64,000 nucleotides of DNA from Bdellovibrio sp. (GTDB taxonomy: Bacteria; Bdellovibrionota; Bdellovibrionia; Bdellovibrionales; Bdellovibrionaceae): NCBI GenBank assembly GCA_036677065.1, contig JAKFBS010000002.1:352001-416000 (forward strand), in the 5' to 3' direction. A program made the position numbers and the translations under genes. The notes below the pieces were generated by a model. The model did no database searches, was not told the DNA's origin, and saw nothing but the letters and a program-made list of their open reading frames with translations. Positions 1-10,423 of the stretch are shown here, piece by piece (positions within the stretch are counted from its first letter, which is position 1; every line of letters begins with the position of its first letter).

Positions 1-28
1 GCCAGCCTTTTTCCATAGGGGATTTATA

Positions 29-742
29 GTGGATCTAAAATCTTTTGTCATTGAATTAACAGGTGATGGAAGTCCTACATTGCGACTTAAAAAATCCTCG
101 TCTGAAAAACAGGCTGAATCCATGCATCACTCAGGCGGAGCTGCTGCTGAAACGCTTTATATCTATACAGAGCCATTTAGAAAGACATTGTCTGTCTTTA
201 AACATGAAAATCTATCTATTGGTGTTGTTGGCCTTGGTTTGGGCTATATCGAGCTTTCGATGGTGCCATCGCTAACAACAGCAAAGCTGGTTAGTTTTGA
301 AAAAGAGCAAGAACTCGTAGAAAGCTTCAAAACCTGGGTGCATGGTCAGAAAAATAAGACTTACGATTTAATTTGTGAAAAACTTAAGGTTGATAAATCA
401 TCTGTGTTGAAAAAGTTAAATTCATTAGACTGGGTCTGCGAAGGTGAATTAACGGCTGAAACTAAAATAAACAATCCTTTTAATTTTATCGCTTACGATG
501 CTTTTAGCCAGTTTACCGATGGTCCATTGTGGACCGATGCTTTTTTAGATTTTTTTCTTACAAATTTGTGCGCAAAAGACTGTGTGTTTGCAACTTATGC
601 CTGTACAGGTTTATTAAAACGGGCGCTGCTTAGAAATAATTTTGTCTTTATCAAGCGCCCTGGGTTTACCGGAAAACGCGATGCTACCTTAGCACTTCGC
701 GGAGAATTTATTTCTCATCAACATCTTTTCCAAAACGCTTAA
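29..742 (+). CDS. mnmD: MnmC/MnmD-type tRNA (mnm5s2U34) methyltransferase, stand-alone
   Basis: TGDGSPTL, ESMHHSGGA, GLGLGY, YDAFS, TYAC and PGFTGKR motifs match the MnmC methyltransferase domain; GTG start. Confidence 0.75.
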   Translation: MDLKSFVIELTGDGSPTLRLKKSSSEKQAESMHHSGGAAAETLYIYTEPFRKTLSVFKHENLSIGVVGLGLGYIELSMVPSLTTAKLVSFEKEQELVESFKTWVHGQKNKTYDLICEKLKVDKSSVLKKLNSLDWVCEGELTAETKINNPFNFIAYDAFSQFTDGPLWTDAFLDFFLTNLCAKDCVFATYACTGLLKRALLRNNFVFIKRPGFTGKRDATLALRGEFISHQHLFQNA

Positions 743-1532
743 TGTAGTCCATAACAAGCGCTTGCATTTCATCATTCAAATTAACGAACTTTAATCCCAC
801 GTAGCCGTCAAGGCCTGCATAGGTTACTTCGGCAGTTAATGTTAGCGGAGAATAAAAATGCGGGCTTGTTAATTGACCGTGAATGGTTTCGCCTAACTTT
901 AATTCAAAATTATCAGTAATTCCCATGCCATTATGGCTGATCGTGATTACACGAGCATTAATTTTGTTTCCAGATCCGACAAGTGATCCGCTAAATTGCG
1001 CAAGGATTGGAACGCGTTGATTTTCTCTGCGCGTAAGACCTAAGCGTTGCACGATATCCGGCATTGAGTAGATTTCTTTCCATTCTTTTTCTTTTTTATC
1101 GAAAATTGAAATTTTAGAGACGTCTTCTTGTTTTGCTGTAAAAGTCGTTAACTCTTCTTTAGTCATTTCACCTTTGTCGACAAAGTCATACTGTACGCGA
1201 AATTTTTCAACGGTGTGTGCTTTGATATCTTCAATCACATCAGCCTTTGAAACGCGTGCGGGTTTATCGAAAATACTTTTCGGCGGCGGTGTGTAGGTGG
1301 CCTCAGCTGACCGTGCTTCTGTTGAAGAAACCATTTGGGCTTGGTTTTGCGCGGGCGTGGGAGCATTTGCTTCCGGGTTCCATTTATCGGCACGGATCCA
1401 TTCCGAATAACCACGTGACCATAAAAATGTCGTTTGCATCTGATCGTTAAGACTATGCATTTGATCTTTAATTTCTTCAGTCGAAAAAGGGCCTTTAATA
1501 AAGTTATTAGCGTTAATAAACCATTTATTCAT
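708..1532 (-). CDS. GYF_2 (DUF4339)-like domain(s) plus C-terminal PilZ domain protein
   Basis: N-terminal WF...GPFS.EEI...LWSRGYSEW (GYF_2 pattern); RRENQRVP...TISHNGMG...GLKF (PilZ pattern). Confidence 0.7.
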   Translation of the reverse strand: MNKWFINANNFIKGPFSTEEIKDQMHSLNDQMQTTFLWSRGYSEWIRADKWNPEANAPTPAQNQAQMVSSTEARSAEATYTPPPKSIFDKPARVSKADVIEDIKAHTVEKFRVQYDFVDKGEMTKEELTTFTAKQEDVSKISIFDKKEKEWKEIYSMPDIVQRLGLTRRENQRVPILAQFSGSLVGSGNKINARVITISHNGMGITDNFELKLGETIHGQLTSPHFYSPLTLTAEVTYAGLDGYVGLKFVNLNDEMQALVMDYIKRFGKDVDEK

Positions 1533-2691
1533 GAACTTCCTCGTTTAAAAATTTTAAAATCTCATTTTTTTGATTTAAACAATCACTGTGCCCCATTGAA
1601 ATCAAATTGTTGCAGAAGTCACTGTCAAATAAAAGATAACTTAAAAGTTCACTCGCTTCATCTAGATTACCAAAAGCATTTATCGTCATGCGCAAAATAC
1701 GAGGAATGTGATGAGCTTTAGTGCGCGCCAGTTCGCCAATATCCTGGCTTGGCGAAATGCAAATTGCCGGAATTTTTTTAAGGGTGTTGGCTTTAAAATG
1801 TGTGTTGCTTGCGGTGGCTTCGTCGTAAAGATCATTTAATCTTTGAATGCGATGAACATCTTGTTCAACTGAATCAAGCATCACAGCATTCAATAACGTA
1901 TTCAGGATTCGCACCATTGAGGCTTCGTGTATTTCTTTTGAATTTTCTTTGAGCGGAGCGCCGCCGCTGCTGTTCGCAGATCTAACGCCGATCACCAAAA
2001 GTTTGTTCGCCCCCATGCGAATTGAAGGGCTGCAGGGTGTGCTATTGCGAACACAGCCATCGCCGTAAGGCTCGCCATTGATTTGAATCGGCGGAAACAG
2101 CATCGGAATCGCTGAACTGGCTAAGATGTGTTCTGATGTTAATTGTGAGTGAACAGCTTTTCTGCGGATTTCTTTCCACTTGAGCATCGATTCGTTTACG
2201 CGTGAAGCGGTTTGAACAAAGCTTACAGCGCTATTTCTAGAATAGTTGTTCGCCGTAATGATTACGCTATCAAATAACCCTTTTTCTAGATTTGGTTGCA
2301 CATTTGAAAAATCGCAATTTTTATCAATCAGATTTTTAAGTGGTGAAGTGTCTAATAAGGAATTAAACGTCTTTTTCTTTCCTAATAAGGCACCTAGCCC
2401 GAGCGTGTTTAAAGACATAATATCGGCTTTAAATACCTGATCAGTTTTAATCTTTGCCCAGAGTTGTACTAATTCAACAACGGCTGAGTGAAAATCCTTG
2501 GTCGTCGATGCAAGTTTAGCCGTGTTAATTGCGCCGGCACTGGTGCCGGATAAAATGCGAAAGGGTGGCTCGATTTTTTCTTTTTTTAAAATTTCAGATA
2601 TTCCCTGAAGGACTCCGACTTGATAGGCTCCGCGGGCACCACCGCCAGATAAAACTAAGGCTGTATTGTTACTCATAGTCATAGTCTTCAC
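1525..2691 (-). CDS. patatin-like phospholipase
   Basis: LVLSGGGARGAYQVG, GTSAG, DGC motifs. Confidence 0.9.
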   Translation of the reverse strand: MKTMTMSNNTALVLSGGGARGAYQVGVLQGISEILKKEKIEPPFRILSGTSAGAINTAKLASTTKDFHSAVVELVQLWAKIKTDQVFKADIMSLNTLGLGALLGKKKTFNSLLDTSPLKNLIDKNCDFSNVQPNLEKGLFDSVIITANNYSRNSAVSFVQTASRVNESMLKWKEIRRKAVHSQLTSEHILASSAIPMLFPPIQINGEPYGDGCVRNSTPCSPSIRMGANKLLVIGVRSANSSGGAPLKENSKEIHEASMVRILNTLLNAVMLDSVEQDVHRIQRLNDLYDEATASNTHFKANTLKKIPAICISPSQDIGELARTKAHHIPRILRMTINAFGNLDEASELLSYLLFDSDFCNNLISMGHSDCLNQKNEILKFLNEEVHE

Positions 2692-2840
2692 TAGAGATTG
2701 GCCATTTGTCAGTAGTCACAAATCAGTGACTAGACTTCAGACCCGTTAAGCAAGAGATGTCACTGTCTCAGGGTGATCCGATAAATTGTGTGAATTTGCA
2801 TCAGCTTGAGACATTTTCTGTCTCGTTTTAAGAGTAGAGT

Positions 2841-2855
2841 TGGCACCTTTGTTGT
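2841..2855 (+). promoter_or_regulatory. putative sigma54 (-24/-12) promoter
   Basis: TGGCAC-CTTTG-TTGT about 45 bp upstream of the lipoprotein gene. Confidence 0.5.
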
Positions 2856-2897
2856 ATCTCTAAGAAATATAGGTCTTAACGAAAAAGCGAGGTTTTT

Positions 2898-3461
2898 ATG
2901 AAAAACTTAAACTTAAACAAAACGATTCTCTTATTGTTACTAGCAACATTTGCTTTTTCGGGTTTATCTTGCGCAAAAAAAGAATCAAAAATTCGCGGCG
3001 CCAAAACAAGTCAACAAGTGATGAATCCCCAAGTTACAAACCAATCAATCACTGTCGCAGAAACACAAGATATCAGTTATATGTTAAATTCAGTTTCTGT
3101 TCCTGAAGCAAACCAAGATGGATCAAACACAGTAACTTCTGAAATCGTGAGTCGCGCTTCTAACTTTATTCCTATATATACAACCCACACTGAAAACCAA
3201 GATTCTTATGGCATTCATGACGATGCTTCTCAGGGCACTAAACTAGATATCCGTGCTCGTTGTATCGGCGCTGCCTGCGAAAAATACGTGCTTTTAGTGA
3301 CAGTAGTTAAAAATGGGTATGCTTATCATCAGATGGCAGCAATTTCGTTTAAGGATGATAACTTTTTCTATGTCGAACAAAGAAATTACCGTGTTGCTCA
3401 AATGTATAAAAACGTGGATGAAGTGCTAGCACAAAACGCAAATCTACAAGCCGGAAACTAA
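2898..3461 (+). CDS. hypothetical lipoprotein
   Basis: RBS GAGG; signal peptide ending in GLSC lipobox. Confidence 0.75.
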   Translation: MKNLNLNKTILLLLLATFAFSGLSCAKKESKIRGAKTSQQVMNPQVTNQSITVAETQDISYMLNSVSVPEANQDGSNTVTSEIVSRASNFIPIYTTHTENQDSYGIHDDASQGTKLDIRARCIGAACEKYVLLVTVVKNGYAYHQMAAISFKDDNFFYVEQRNYRVAQMYKNVDEVLAQNANLQAGN

Positions 3462-3496
3462 TTGTTCTTCTTAAAATAAATCTATAAGCTGATGGA

Positions 3497-4144
3497 ATGT
3501 CTGAATTAATACATTCCATTTTGAATCTTGATCAAACTCTAAATCTTTGGCTTCAGCTTTACGGATCAGGTGTATATCTGGTTTTGTTTTTAATTATCTT
3601 TGCTGAAACAGGTCTGGTCATTATGCCATTCTTGCCAGGTGATTCTTTGCTATTTGCAGCCGGTGCGCTGTGTGCGATTAATCCCGTTGATTTAAAAATT
3701 GAGTTTTTAATCCCTTTGTTGATCTGTGCATCTTTGATAGGTGATAGTTTAAACTATTATGTGGGTCTTAAATATGGTCGAAGACTCTTTGAATCTAAAC
3801 ACTCGCTAAGTTTTCTATTTTCACCAAAGTATCTTCAGGCTACAGAAGAGTTCTATATAAAGAAGGGCTTATGGGCGGTTTCTCTTGCGCGTTTTTTCCC
3901 CATCATTAGAACTTTTGCTCCGTTTGTAGCAGGTCTTACAAAGATGCCTTATAAGGTTTTTGTTAAAATGTCGATTTTAGGATCTATTGCCTGGGTGAGC
4001 ATTTTTGCTACCGCTGGGTATCTATTTGGCCAAATTCCCTTCGTCCAAAACAACTTCACAGTCCTCGTCATGGGCGTGGTTGGGTTGTCATTGACACCAT
4101 TTTTAGTAGGTATAATTAAGCGAACATTCGTGAAAAGTTTATAA
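3497..4144 (+). CDS. dedA: DedA/VTT family membrane protein
   Basis: FAETGL..PFLPGDSLLFAAG, ARFFPIIRTFAPFVAG. Confidence 0.9.
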   Translation: MSELIHSILNLDQTLNLWLQLYGSGVYLVLFLIIFAETGLVIMPFLPGDSLLFAAGALCAINPVDLKIEFLIPLLICASLIGDSLNYYVGLKYGRRLFESKHSLSFLFSPKYLQATEEFYIKKGLWAVSLARFFPIIRTFAPFVAGLTKMPYKVFVKMSILGSIAWVSIFATAGYLFGQIPFVQNNFTVLVMGVVGLSLTPFLVGIIKRTFVKSL

Positions 4145-4200
4145 ACTAAGCACAATTTATGTTTTTTTCACTAAATTAGAGTTGAATTGACCCCAAATAA

Positions 4201-4215
4201 TGGCACTATCTTTGC
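4201..4215 (+). promoter_or_regulatory. sigma54 (-24/-12) promoter
   Basis: TGGCAC-TATCT-TTGC, consensus match upstream of the outer membrane protein gene. Confidence 0.7.
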
Positions 4216-4281
4216 GATCAACCTATCTAAAAGGCTAGGTCCTAATTTTTGGATAATAAACAATACTTAAGGGGGAATTAA

Positions 4282-5313
4282 GTGAAACTAAATCTAATCG
4301 CGGCATTATTATTATGCGCATCGGTAGCAACAGCTGCCTCAGAAACAACAACTACAACGACAACAACTACAGCAGCTCCGGCTACTGAAGCTCCTGCAAA
4401 AGCTATTAAAAAAGCTAAGAAAAAAGCAGCAGCTAAAAAAGAAGAAAAGAAAGATAGCGCGACAGTAGCTCCAGCTACTACAGCTCCAGCAGCAGTTATC
4501 GCTCCAGCAGCGGCAACTTCAACTGCAGCAGCTCCTGCGGTACAAGCTCCAGCTAAAAAATGGGGTGTAACTTTACTTAACGAAATCGATGCTGACTATG
4601 CTCAAGGTAAAGATTTATCTAACAAAGGTGTAACTACAATTAACTACGTAGCTGGTTCTTATAAAATCACTGCGACTGAAAAAGTTGGCTTACGTCAATA
4701 TTACACATACGACTACAATCCTAAATCTGAAGAAGATTTCAAATCTTCAGACATCAAACAATCATTCACAGTAGCGACTATCGGTACTAAAATGAAAGGT
4801 ATCTTAGGTTCTGATGATATCGCTCCAATGTTCTGGTACTACATGCCAGGTCACACAGCTGAAGTAAATAACTTCGGTAAAGACATGGATAATTTCGCAG
4901 GTATCTTACGTATGGATGCTGAGTTGAATTACACATTAAATCCTAAATGGTCTGCTTCTTACTACTTAAATCCACGTCAAACTTTAGGTGCGACTGATAC
5001 AGAAGCTAACTTTGAAGCGACTTCTCGTTTAATTCACTACGCTAACTTATACTACAATGTATCTGATGCGACTCAAATCTATGCTAACGCTGGTTTTGAC
5101 CACAAAATGGCTACGGCTAACTTAACTTCAACTTCTGATTACTACTTATCAGCAGTTGGTTTTTCTACTTCTTTCTTTGGTGGTAAATTAACTTTAAATC
5201 CAGAAGTTAACGTTACAACAGCTTTAAAAACTAAAGGTGCTGCTACTAAATCTCAAGAATTATACAAAAAAGAAAATATCGCTTACGCATTCGTAACTGT
5301 TATTGCTCTTTAA
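4282..5313 (+). CDS. probable abundant outer membrane beta-barrel protein with Thr/Ala/Lys-rich N-terminal extension
   Basis: Signal peptide, low-complexity linker, alternating aromatic beta strands, highly biased (ribosomal-like) codon usage. Confidence 0.65.
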   Translation: MKLNLIAALLLCASVATAASETTTTTTTTTAAPATEAPAKAIKKAKKKAAAKKEEKKDSATVAPATTAPAAVIAPAAATSTAAAPAVQAPAKKWGVTLLNEIDADYAQGKDLSNKGVTTINYVAGSYKITATEKVGLRQYYTYDYNPKSEEDFKSSDIKQSFTVATIGTKMKGILGSDDIAPMFWYYMPGHTAEVNNFGKDMDNFAGILRMDAELNYTLNPKWSASYYLNPRQTLGATDTEANFEATSRLIHYANLYYNVSDATQIYANAGFDHKMATANLTSTSDYYLSAVGFSTSFFGGKLTLNPEVNVTTALKTKGAATKSQELYKKENIAYAFVTVIAL

Positions 5314-5338
5314 TTTTAACTTAAGTGTTAGAATAAAT

Positions 5339-5366
5339 AAAAAGCCGGTTGAAAAACCGGCTTTTT
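5339..5366 (+). terminator. intrinsic terminator (potentially bidirectional)
   Basis: aaaaagccggtt-gaaa-aaccggcttttt hairpin after the OMP stop codon. Confidence 0.85.
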
Positions 5367-5397
5367 GCGTTTTAGATATGTTATGCGCATACGACAA

Positions 5398-5694
5398 ATG
5401 GGATTCTCGTCAAAGCTTAAAGCCCATAAGCATCTACTGACTCTTGAAACTTTAAAATTTATCTCTGAATTTATGGAAGACGGTAATGCCCGTGGCGCAG
5501 CCCTTCGAATTGGCATTCCAGAAACTTATGCTGGTCGCTATGGTCAATGGCTTAAGAAACATAGCTTTGTTAAGCAAGCTATGGAGTCAGAACTAGACGA
5601 CCGCGAACTCTTAAAACTTCGTAAAGCTTTAAGTGAAATCGATCGTCAGATGCAAGTCTGTAAGGATATTTTAAATCTTGAAGAAATCGAGTAA
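5398..5694 (+). CDS. small HTH protein resembling the N-terminus of phage terminase small subunits
   Basis: FISEFMEDGNARGAALRIGIPETYAGRYG pattern; C-terminal coiled coil; start uncertain (5383 or 5398). Confidence 0.5.
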   Translation: MGFSSKLKAHKHLLTLETLKFISEFMEDGNARGAALRIGIPETYAGRYGQWLKKHSFVKQAMESELDDRELLKLRKALSEIDRQMQVCKDILNLEEIE

Positions 5695-5709
5695 GGGCTA
5701 AGAGTAGGT

Positions 5710-6312
5710 TTAGTACTCTTCAGCGCCGTCATCAACTTCGTTAGTTAACGCTTCACCAGCTGGTAAATAGGGTAGGGGATCAATGGGTCCGTCAGCTTTT
5801 CTAATTTCAAAATGCAAATGCGGTCCAGAAGATCTACCGGTATTGCCCAAGGCTCCGATCACATCGCCTTGTTTTACGCGCTGGCCCTCGTAGACGACGA
5901 TCTTATCTAAATGGCCATAAAGCGTAGCCCAGCCATCTTTTTCGACCATAACCATCTTGCCATAACCCTTAAACTCTTTACCTGTGTAGATCACCATGCC
6001 GTCGTGCGAAGACATAACGGCCGTTCCACGTTGCGCAGCTAAATCAATGCCTTTGTGTGGGCGTTTACGCTTACGCGTAACCTTAGGCAAGAATCCGCGC
6101 GACATACGGGCTTCTTGAACAGGCCAGTCAAAGAAGGGCTTTTCTTTAAAGCGTTGTGGTTTACTTTTTTTAAATGAATTGGTGTCTTTATCAATTTCAA
6201 CTTTTACTTCTTCGCCATTTTCGTTTTTTACGGGCGCACTTGTGCAGCCTGATTCAGTAAGTAGAGCTAAAGCAGTGATTGATAAAACTAATAAATTGGA
6301 AAACTTTTGCAT
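5710..6312 (-). CDS. M23 family metallopeptidase, probable lipoprotein
   Basis: HKGID...HLHFEIR zinc motifs; likely start MQKF at 6312 followed by signal/ESGC; overlaps glyA 3' end. Confidence 0.88.
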   Translation of the reverse strand: MQKFSNLLVLSITALALLTESGCTSAPVKNENGEEVKVEIDKDTNSFKKSKPQRFKEKPFFDWPVQEARMSRGFLPKVTRKRKRPHKGIDLAAQRGTAVMSSHDGMVIYTGKEFKGYGKMVMVEKDGWATLYGHLDKIVVYEGQRVKQGDVIGALGNTGRSSGPHLHFEIRKADGPIDPLPYLPAGEALTNEVDDGAEEY

Positions 6313-7550
6313 AGTTCTTTCACTTGGTTGTGTATTCTTTGATGTAACTCTGTGTTTTCTGGAGATTTTAAAACTTGAGAAATCCATCCTGCGATGGTTT
6401 TCATTTCGGCTTCTTTCATTCCGCGCGTTGTTAAAGCCGGTGACCCGATACGGATACCACTGGTTACAAACGGAGAACGAGTTTCATTAGGCACTGTGTT
6501 TTTATTTACCGTAATGCCGGCTAAATCTAAAATACCTTCAGCCACTTTACCAGTTACGGTGTCTGCCACTTTAGATTGTTTTAAATCGACTAAAATTAAA
6601 TGATTATCTGTGCCGCCGGTTACGATATTAAAGCCTTCTGCTTTTAATTCTTCAGCTAAGACTCTGGCATTTTTAATAACATGATCAATATAGGTTTTAA
6701 ATTCTGGCTGAAGGGCTTCGCCAAAAGCGACCGCTTTACCTGCGATCACATGCTCTAAGGGTCCGCCTTGAATTCCTGGAAATATTTTTGAATTGATCGC
6801 TTTAGCTTTTTCTTCTGAGTTAGTTAGAATTAAGCCACCACGAGGCCCGCGTAATGTTTTGTGCGTCGTTGATGTTGTGTAGTCAGCGAATTCAACAGGT
6901 GATTGGTGATGACCGCTGGCAACTAGGCCTGCGAAGTGAGCCATATCAACTAATAATTCTGCGCCAACTTCATTGGCGATTTCGCGAAATTTTGCAAAAT
7001 CTAAATGACGTGAATACGCAGAATAGCCTGCGATAATTAATTTAGGTTTTACCTCGCGAGCTGTTGTGTGGATGGTGTCGTAATTAATTAATCCTGTCGT
7101 TGGATCTAATTTATAACTGGCCGCTTTGAAAAGCAGTCCAGAAAAATTAACAGGCGAGCCGTGAGTTAGGTGCCCACCGTGAGATAAATCCATTCCTAAA
7201 ATGGTGTCGCCGGCCTTAACAGCCGCTAAGTACACCGCCATATTGGCTTGCGATCCAGCATGCGGCTGTACGTTTGCAAATTTAGAATTGAAAAGTTTTT
7301 TTGCGCGTTCGATAGCAATTGATTCTACGCCATCAACAAATTGGCATCCGCCGTAGTAGCGTTTTCCCGGATAACCTTCTGCGTATTTATTTGTAAGAAT
7401 TGATCCTTGGGCTTTCATCACCTGAGGTGATGTGTAATTTTCAGAAGCGATCATTTCTAAACCAAATTTTTGGCGCTCGAACTCTTGATCGATCAGATTA
7501 AAAACATCTGTATCATTAAAATTAGGAAAAACATTAGTAGTAGTGGCCAT
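6288..7550 (-). CDS. glyA: serine hydroxymethyltransferase
   Basis: [33 protein letters not shown]. Confidence 0.98.
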   Translation of the reverse strand: MATTTNVFPNFNDTDVFNLIDQEFERQKFGLEMIASENYTSPQVMKAQGSILTNKYAEGYPGKRYYGGCQFVDGVESIAIERAKKLFNSKFANVQPHAGSQANMAVYLAAVKAGDTILGMDLSHGGHLTHGSPVNFSGLLFKAASYKLDPTTGLINYDTIHTTAREVKPKLIIAGYSAYSRHLDFAKFREIANEVGAELLVDMAHFAGLVASGHHQSPVEFADYTTSTTHKTLRGPRGGLILTNSEEKAKAINSKIFPGIQGGPLEHVIAGKAVAFGEALQPEFKTYIDHVIKNARVLAEELKAEGFNIVTGGTDNHLILVDLKQSKVADTVTGKVAEGILDLAGITVNKNTVPNETRSPFVTSGIRIGSPALTTRGMKEAEMKTIAGWISQVLKSPENTELHQRIHNQVKELCKSFPIY

Positions 7551-7565
7551 AGATACCTCGCTGTA

Positions 7566-8015
7566 TTAACAGTATGACGGATTTTCACCAAGCTTTGCAA
7601 CTCGGTTTGTGTGACGACCTTCACTGAATTTTGCTTCCATAAATAATTTGATCCATTTATTTGCTTGTTCTGTGGTCGTAAAGCGAGAGCCCATGCAAAT
7701 TACGTTAGCATTGTTGTGTTCTTTAGCAAGTTCTGCGATTTCGTCTGAGTGCAAAAGAGCTGCGCGAATGTGTTTAAATTTATTTGCACGCATCGCCATG
7801 CCTTGGCCAGAACCACAAACTAAAATACCGACAGTATCAGCATCATCAGGTTTAATTTTTTCACAAACTTTATTGGCAAAGTCAGGGTAGTCTACTGACT
7901 CTGTTGTAAAAGGACCGAAGTCTTCAACAGTATAGCCTTCAGCTTTTAATTGAGTAACAATAGCGGCTTTTAGGTCGATCGCTGCATGATCGCCTGCAAT
8001 TAAAATTTTTTTCAT
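7566..8015 (-). CDS. rpiB: ribose-5-phosphate isomerase B
   Basis: DHA, VDYPD, CGSGQGM, HNNANV motifs. Confidence 0.95.
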   Translation of the reverse strand: MKKILIAGDHAAIDLKAAIVTQLKAEGYTVEDFGPFTTESVDYPDFANKVCEKIKPDDADTVGILVCGSGQGMAMRANKFKHIRAALLHSDEIAELAKEHNNANVICMGSRFTTTEQANKWIKLFMEAKFSEGRHTNRVAKLGENPSYC

Positions 8016-8029
8016 ACTCTAATGGTATG

Positions 8030-9298
8030 TTATTTTTCGAATTTAGAGAAAACTAAACAGCTGTTTGTCCCACCGAATCCAAAAGAATTATTCATTACAT
8101 GATTGATTTGACCTTTGCGCGCCGTGTTCGGAACGTAATCAAGGTCACAATCAGGGCTAACATTCTCTAGATTGATCGTTGGAGCTACTGTTTGGCTTAC
8201 GATAGATTGAATACAAAACGCTGATTCTAAAGCTCCTGCAGCCCCTAATAAGTGGCCAGTCATAGATTTCGTTGAAGAAACCCAAACTTTTTTTGCATGA
8301 TCTTTTAAAATCGATTTAACGGCGTTTGATTCAATGGGATCACCCATCGGAGTCGAAGTTCCGTGAGCATTAATGTAATTCACTTGCTCAGGCTTAATAC
8401 CAGCATCAGTTAATGCATTGTTCATCGCTAAGATAAATCCTGCACCATTTGGTTCTGGAGAAGTGATATGGTACGCATCTGACGAGGCACCATAGCCTGT
8501 AATTTCACATAAGATATTGGCATTACGCTTAAGAGCCGACTCTAACGATTCAATCACAAAAATCGCACAACCTTCACCAAGAACAAAACCATCACGGTCT
8601 TTATCCCAAGGACGACTGGCTTTTGTTGGATCATCATTACGAGTTGATAGCGCACGCATATTGCTAAAACCTGCAATCGCTAAAGGGCAGATTGTAGATT
8701 CTGTACCACCAGCAACCATAGCATCAGCAAGACCAAAACGAATGTAATTATAAGCTTCACCGATTGAATGCACACCTGAAGCACAAGCTGAAGCTATGCT
8801 GTAACTTGGACCTTTAAGGTTGTGATTCATCGAGATCCAGCCTGCAGCTAAATTTGTAATTGCAGCCGGAATAAAAAACGGAGACACGCGCGAAGGGCCG
8901 CGTTCCATCACTTTAGTATGTTGTTCTTCGATAATTGGAAGACCGCCCATACCAGATCCGATAATAGCGCCAACTCGTGGAGCCATGTCATCAGACACTG
9001 TTAATCCTGATTGAGTAAATGCCATTTTCGCACAAGCAATCGCGTAATGAATAAAAGTATCCATTTTCTTTTGCTCTTTTTTCTCAATGTAAGTGTCGGG
9101 ATTAAAATTTTTAACTTCACCGCCAAAGCGAACATCAAACTTACTAGTATCAAATTTAGTGATATTAGCGATACCTGAAACGCCGTTAATGGCATTGTTC
9201 CAAGTGTCTTCAAGTGAATTGCCAAGCGGGGAGATGACTCCCATGCCTGTGATTACAACTCTTTGCTGTCCGCCTTTGCGAGTGAAAGAAATAGACAT
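8030..9298 (-). CDS. fabF: 3-oxoacyl-ACP synthase II
   Basis: SACASG, NAHGTST, GHLLGAAG, NSFGFGG. Confidence 0.97.
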   Translation of the reverse strand: MSISFTRKGGQQRVVITGMGVISPLGNSLEDTWNNAINGVSGIANITKFDTSKFDVRFGGEVKNFNPDTYIEKKEQKKMDTFIHYAIACAKMAFTQSGLTVSDDMAPRVGAIIGSGMGGLPIIEEQHTKVMERGPSRVSPFFIPAAITNLAAGWISMNHNLKGPSYSIASACASGVHSIGEAYNYIRFGLADAMVAGGTESTICPLAIAGFSNMRALSTRNDDPTKASRPWDKDRDGFVLGEGCAIFVIESLESALKRNANILCEITGYGASSDAYHITSPEPNGAGFILAMNNALTDAGIKPEQVNYINAHGTSTPMGDPIESNAVKSILKDHAKKVWVSSTKSMTGHLLGAAGALESAFCIQSIVSQTVAPTINLENVSPDCDLDYVPNTARKGQINHVMNNSFGFGGTNSCLVFSKFEK

Positions 9299-9308
9299 AA
9301 AATTATGA

Positions 9309-9545
9309 CTACGCTTTACCTTTAGAAACTAGGTAGCTTTGTACATCATTAACTGTTTTTAATTTTTCAGCGTCTTCATCTGGAATTTCGATATCGAATT
9401 CTTCTTCCATCGCCATAACTAATTCAACGATATCTAAGCTGTCAGCGCCTAAGTCTTCAATGAATTTAGACTCTAATTTTACTTTTTCAGGGTCTACGCC
9501 TAATTGATCAACGATGATATCTTTTACTTTTGCAGCTACTGCCAT
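9309..9545 (-). CDS. acpP: acyl carrier protein
   Basis: [15 protein letters not shown]. Confidence 0.98.
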   Translation of the reverse strand: MAVAAKVKDIIVDQLGVDPEKVKLESKFIEDLGADSLDIVELVMAMEEEFDIEIPDEDAEKLKTVNDVQSYLVSKGKA

Positions 9546-9622
9546 GTGGTTCTCCTTGTAGTTCTTTTTACCTTTTAAATTTAATTGAATTTAATTTAAA
9601 AATTATTATCCAAATTTATGTT

Positions 9623-10363
9623 CTAGTTTAAATAAAGTCCACCATTTACATGTAACGTCTGGCCAGTGATATATGATGAGGCATCACTTAATAAAAACGC
9701 TACGGTTTGTGCAACTTCGCTTGGTTCGCCAGCTCTTCCCAAAGGAATTTTCTCAGAGAAAAACTTAAGCTGATCTTCGCCCAAAGCATCTGTCATATCA
9801 CTTTTGATATACCCAGGAGCAACGGCGTTGATACGAATATTTCTTGAAGCTAATTCAAGCGCTAATGAGCGTGTAAAGCCCTCAAGGCCTGCTTTTGAGG
9901 CTGCATAGTTAGATTGACCAGCGTTGCCACTTGATCCAATCACTGAAGAGATATTAACAACTGATGCATTTCTGGTTTTTAACAAATTCTTTGCAAAAGC
10001 TTTGCTGACATAAAATGTTCCGTAAAGGTTTGCTTTTAATACAGCATCAAAGTCTTCATCTTTCATGCGTAGCAACAATTGATCTTTAGTAATACCGGCA
10101 TTGTTCACAACACCATGAATATCGCCAAAAGCTTCAATCACTTTTGCTGAAGTGGCATCGACTTCTTCTTTAACAGTTACATTCATTTTAAAAGTCAGGT
10201 GACCTTCACCGGGCAATGAGCTTAGAACGGCCTGTGCTTGTGCCTCGGCGCTTGAATAAGTAAAGGCAACACGAGCGCCTTGTTCAGCACATTGCTTAAC
10301 AATCGCTGCTCCGATACCACGGCTTCCGCCAGTGATAAAAATGTTTTTACCTTTTAAGTTCAC
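9623..10363 (-). CDS. fabG: 3-oxoacyl-ACP reductase
   Basis: [20 protein letters not shown]; fab cluster context. Confidence 0.95.
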   Translation of the reverse strand: MNLKGKNIFITGGSRGIGAAIVKQCAEQGARVAFTYSSAEAQAQAVLSSLPGEGHLTFKMNVTVKEEVDATSAKVIEAFGDIHGVVNNAGITKDQLLLRMKDEDFDAVLKANLYGTFYVSKAFAKNLLKTRNASVVNISSVIGSSGNAGQSNYAASKAGLEGFTRSLALELASRNIRINAVAPGYIKSDMTDALGEDQLKFFSEKIPLGRAGEPSEVAQTVAFLLSDASSYITGQTLHVNGGLYLN

Positions 10364-10423
10364 ATAAACTCCTGAATCTATAACCTGAACGAACTAGAGC
10401 TATTGCTCAAGGTTTTTTTCTGT

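Noticed and set aside
4345..4560. Repetitive ACA/ACT/GCT-rich DNA
   Set aside because: Explained by the Thr/Ala/Pro low-complexity coding sequence; not a CRISPR array or tandem DNA repeat
5770..5777. GGGTAGGG KOPS-like octamer oriented toward dif
   Set aside because: A single instance inside a CDS is not evidence without genome-wide statistics
6288..6387. Apparent 100-nt overlap between glyA and the M23 gene
   Set aside because: The likely start is ATG 6312 before the signal peptide, leaving an ordinary 25-nt overlap
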